A stretch of 64,000 nucleotides of DNA from Rebecca billardiae RCC1528. Its lineage: Eukaryota > Protista > Haptophyta. Below are positions 60,661 to 64,000 of this stretch, one piece after another. Within the stretch, counting starts at the first letter, position 1. Every line of letters starts with the position of its first letter. The position numbers were made by a program, and so were the translations under genes. A model generated the notes under the pieces. That model worked only from the letters and a program-made list of their open reading frames with translations. It did not search any database and had not been told where the DNA came from. The stretch lies in assembly GCA_965240325.2 (NCBI GenBank), contig OZ251241.1, positions 248,001 to 312,000 of the forward strand. Reading direction: 5' to 3'.

Positions 60661-63276
60661 ATGCGCGTGCCCGCCAGCTGGCTGCTGCTGGTCGCGGGCG
60701 CGGCTGCCCATCTCGGGGACCTGCGGATCACACGGCAGGGCTGCGTGTGCCTCTCCGAATGCAGCCCCGCCGACGGCTACTGCTGGACGGAGGGCGTGGA
60801 AGGCGGTTACGGCCGGCCTGACGACGCCGGCTCGTGTGGCACGTACTACAACGCGCCTCACACCATCGACTCAGGCTGGCATGACGTGTGCATCTCGTCG
60901 CTCGAGCACCCGCCGTACACGCCGGTCGGCGTGCCTGAGTCGCAGGTCTTCCCGGACGCGCACACCGCCGTGCGCGAGGGCATCGACCACCTCAGGCTGC
61001 TCGCGCTCATCCCGTACTGCCTGCACGGCAACACGGGCGACTGCTACGATTCGTGGCACCACAGCCCGCCCGAGCCGTGGGTGGGCAACGCGCGTGCGTG
61101 GCACTGCACGGCGTGCCGCACGCTCAGCACCGTCACATGGCACACCGAGCGCTGCGTGCCCTGGACTGACGCGACGATCCTCGCGGTGTACGACGCGGCG
61201 CGCAACATGGTCGTCGTCTCCTTCCAGGGCACGGCCGACCCGACCACCGAGGCGTACGACCTGCGGCTGCGGCAGGAGCACCCGTACACCCGACTGGGCA
61301 GCGTGTGGCAGAGCGTGGGCATCCACACGGGCTTCTTCTCCGTCTTCCAGGAGCTGCACGGCTCGCTGTACGATGTGCTGGACGAGGCGCACGCGCAGCT
61401 ACTCGGCTCGCTGCCGGAGGCGCCCGCGCTCGTCCTCACCGGGCACTCGCTCGGCGGCGCGATCGCGATGATCGCGGCGATGGACCTCGCGAGCATGTGG
61501 GACACGACGCACTACGCGCATGACTCCACGTGCTCGCCGAGCAACCCGTGCCAGTCGCAGATGCCGAGGCAGAGCAACGGCCACTTCCGGCCCGCGTGGC
61601 GGTTGCGCAGGCCGGCTGTCGTGAGCTTCTCCACGCCCAAGCTCGGCAACGCGGGCTTCGCCGAGATGTACCAGGTGCTCGTCACGGAGAGCTACCACCT
61701 GTTCAACGCGGACGACGCCGTGCCCAGCACCCCGCCCTCGTACCTCGGCTACTCCCCGCTGCCGGGCGTGCAGGTGAAGTTTGCGACCGGCACGTTTGCG
61801 AGCGGCTGCGGCGGCGAGCTGCGCACCCACTACTCGCTGTGCACCGGCCCGTCCACCTCAGCCGCGTGCAGCGCCAACTCGGGCGGCTCGGTGTGGGACA
61901 TGATCTCGCTGATCTCCGACTCGACCGTGCACTGCAACATGTGCGCCCAGCCCATCTGCGCGGCCGACAGCGCCATGTGTGAGAGGTCGCCCGACCTCGT
62001 GCCATCGCCGCCGCCGCCGCCGCCGCCGCCGCCGTCGCCCAGCCCGCCACCGCCCAGCCCGCCGCCGCCGAGCGTGCCGCCGAGCGCGCCGCCGGGCTCG
62101 CCGCCGAGCGCGCCTCCCAGCCTGCCGCCGAGCCTGCCGCCGAGACCGCCGCCGAGCACGCCACCGAGCGCGCCGCCAAGCGCGCCGCCGAGCGCGCCGC
62201 CGAGCCCGCCGCCCAGCCCGCCGCCCAGCCCGCCGCCCAGCCCGCCGCCAGACCCGCCGCAACGCCCGCCGCCTCCGAGCCCACCGCCTATCCCGCCCAG
62301 CACGCCGCCCAGCACGCCGCCGAGCCCGCCACCCACTGCGCCGCCCGCCCTACCGCCTAGCCGACCGCCAGGCGCGCCGCCTGGCATGCCGCCCAGCGCG
62401 CCTCCCGCCCCGCCTCCGACCCCTCCGCCACCGGCCGGGCCGCCGAGCCGGCCTCCGCCGCAGCCACCGCCATCCTCACCGCCACGGCGGCCGCCCTCGA
62501 GGCCGCCACCACCCGCGCCGCCGCCGCCTTCGCCGCCGCCGCACCCGCCGCCGCCGTTGGCGCCGCCGCCGAGCGCGCCGCCGCGTCTCCCACCACGCCC
62601 GCCGCCCACGCCCCCTCCATCGCCGCCGCCGCCGTACGTCGCAACAGGGAGCTCGGCCGTCGGCGCGACCGGCGGCGACGATGACGGCGACGGCAGCAGT
62701 GGGCGCGGCGGCGCCTCCACCGGCACGTCGGGGCGCTCGCCGCTCGGCGGGGAGCCGTCGCAGGAGGCGTCTGCCGCTGGCGCGCAGGGCGCCACCCTGC
62801 AGGCCATCGAGGCGCTTCTGGTCGTCCTCGCCGTGTGCGGCGCGCTGGCCGCGTGCGCCGTCTGCGCGTACCGGCTGCGGCTGCCGTCCATCCGCCGCCG
62901 GCGCGCGCTCGAGGCGATGCGCGGCAGTGACGGCGAGCTGCCGACCGTCAGCGTTGACGGCGGCGCGGCCTCGCGCGAGCCGAGTGCGACCGACGGGAGC
63001 GGCGGCGGCTCCCAGTTGGCGCGCCGCCTGAGCGATGGCCTGGCGCACGCTGGCATCGGCGCGGCGGCCAACGCGCACGGCGGCGACGACGTGGGCACCT
63101 CGGCCGTGCGCTGCTCGCCGGTCGAGCCCGCCGCAGCGAGCCAGGCGGCGCACCGGCCCGACCCGGCGGGCGCGCCGCCGCCAGGCGAGGCGCACGCGAC
63201 GAGCGAGATCGAGCTCGCCGATCTGCACGGCGGGCGGCAGCGCGGGCTCGCGCAGGCTGGGTGGAGGCCGCCCTGA
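60661..63276 (+). CDS. Cell-surface class-3 lipase: signal peptide, Cys-rich domain, lipase domain, Pro/Ser-rich stalk, TM helix, cytoplasmic tail; intronless
   Basis: SFQGT, IHTGF, TGHSLGGA, NADDAVP; about 210-aa SPPP stalk; TM LLVVLAVCGALAACAVCAY. Confidence 0.88.
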   Translation: MRVPASWLLLVAGAAAHLGDLRITRQGCVCLSECSPADGYCWTEGVEGGYGRPDDAGSCGTYYNAPHTIDSGWHDVCISSLEHPPYTPVGVPESQVFPDAHTAVREGIDHLRLLALIPYCLHGNTGDCYDSWHHSPPEPWVGNARAWHCTACRTLSTVTWHTERCVPWTDATILAVYDAARNMVVVSFQGTADPTTEAYDLRLRQEHPYTRLGSVWQSVGIHTGFFSVFQELHGSLYDVLDEAHAQLLGSLPEAPALVLTGHSLGGAIAMIAAMDLASMWDTTHYAHDSTCSPSNPCQSQMPRQSNGHFRPAWRLRRPAVVSFSTPKLGNAGFAEMYQVLVTESYHLFNADDAVPSTPPSYLGYSPLPGVQVKFATGTFASGCGGELRTHYSLCTGPSTSAACSANSGGSVWDMISLISDSTVHCNMCAQPICAADSAMCERSPDLVPSPPPPPPPPPSPSPPPPSPPPPSVPPSAPPGSPPSAPPSLPPSLPPRPPPSTPPSAPPSAPPSAPPSPPPSPPPSPPPSPPPDPPQRPPPPSPPPIPPSTPPSTPPSPPPTAPPALPPSRPPGAPPGMPPSAPPAPPPTPPPPAGPPSRPPPQPPPSSPPRRPPSRPPPPAPPPPSPPPHPPPPLAPPPSAPPRLPPRPPPTPPPSPPPPYVATGSSAVGATGGDDDGDGSSGRGGASTGTSGRSPLGGEPSQEASAAGAQGATLQAIEALLVVLAVCGALAACAVCAYRLRLPSIRRRRALEAMRGSDGELPTVSVDGGAASREPSATDGSGGGSQLARRLSDGLAHAGIGAAANAHGGDDVGTSAVRCSPVEPAAASQAAHRPDPAGAPPPGEAHATSEIELADLHGGRQRGLAQAGWRPP
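62001..62634 (+). repeat. Extensin-like (S/T/A)PPP coding repeat
   Basis: Direct reading of CCG-rich 12-nt units. Confidence 0.9.
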
Positions 63277-64000
63277 CGGGGACGCTATCAGGCTGTCTCG
63301 GCCTCGGTCGAGCTTTGACCAACATCGACGACATGCGACTCTCGCACGGCGCACCGCGTGCTGCGAGCTGGGCGCAGGCGTGTGGCGCGTCGGCGCGATG
63401 TGCTACGCAACGAGCACGTCACGCAGGACGCGGCACGCGCCGGACGCCTGCTCGCACGGCAATGCGGTGCAGCCAGCGTCGGCACGAGGCCACTTATTTA
63501 TTTCTGTGCCGCACGGGTCACTCCCGCACACTCGGACGAGGACGCGAGGGTGCGGCCCGTGCACTCTGCCAGTCCGCGGTGGGGTCACGGATGACCGACA
63601 CCGATGGCGACCGGTGACCGGCGGTGCGGACGACCGCGCCGGCCCGCGCGCGCAGGGCCAGGCGCGGCGGCGCGCCATTCACGGCGCGTCTGACGACGCG
63701 ACTCGTCATCAGATCCGAATAAGTAAGCAGCAGGCAGCCTGATAGCCACCCGAGCCCTATCTACTGTACGTTATTCTATTATAATACTAGCAGTGCAGCG
63801 TGATACTGATTCAGTACGGCCTTAATAAATACGCGCTTATAATTAATACTACGACTACGACCGTGCTATATACATGATTCCGAATCCGAGGGCTCGGACT
63901 CTGAATTATTACGCCCGCGCGGTCGCGGCTGACAGTTCAACCGATGCAGAGACCGGACGACGGTTCCGCGAATGCCGGTTCACGCCGGGCAGTAGCTTAT

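Overview
Eukaryotic nuclear DNA, very GC-rich and gene-dense, with short (CG)n-rich spliceosomal introns. It is most consistent with a haptophyte alga (Pavlovales-like), which is an inference from composition, intron style and signal-peptide/ASAF plastid targeting. About 20 protein genes are supported: PP6 catalytic subunit, RING+CCCH polyQ protein, DUF4239/bestrophin-like protein, SMC5, TruA, SAM+4TM protein, phosphoglucomutase, ATG9, sulfotransferase-like protein, hybrid histidine kinase, GT61, peptide deformylase, ankyrin/coiled-coil/PH protein, PC-esterase and a head-to-head pair of class-3 lipases. There is also one tRNA-Pro(CGG). The most unusual items are four. (1) An intron-containing tandem ABC-ATPase + GNAT gene of the phage/bacterial type, fused to putative RAMA-like and WHIM/WSD-like chromatin domains; a candidate eukaryotic nucleic-acid modification enzyme. 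(2) An RRM-RRM-RsmH fusion with basic NLS-like ends; a candidate nuclear m4C RNA methyltransferase. (3) A 1,409-bp fold-back element built from three 96-bp palindromes, with TG...CA ends and a 5-bp TSD. (4) A 1.9-kb TIR element with a 7-bp TSD. All domain calls are by eye from motifs; no searches were run.
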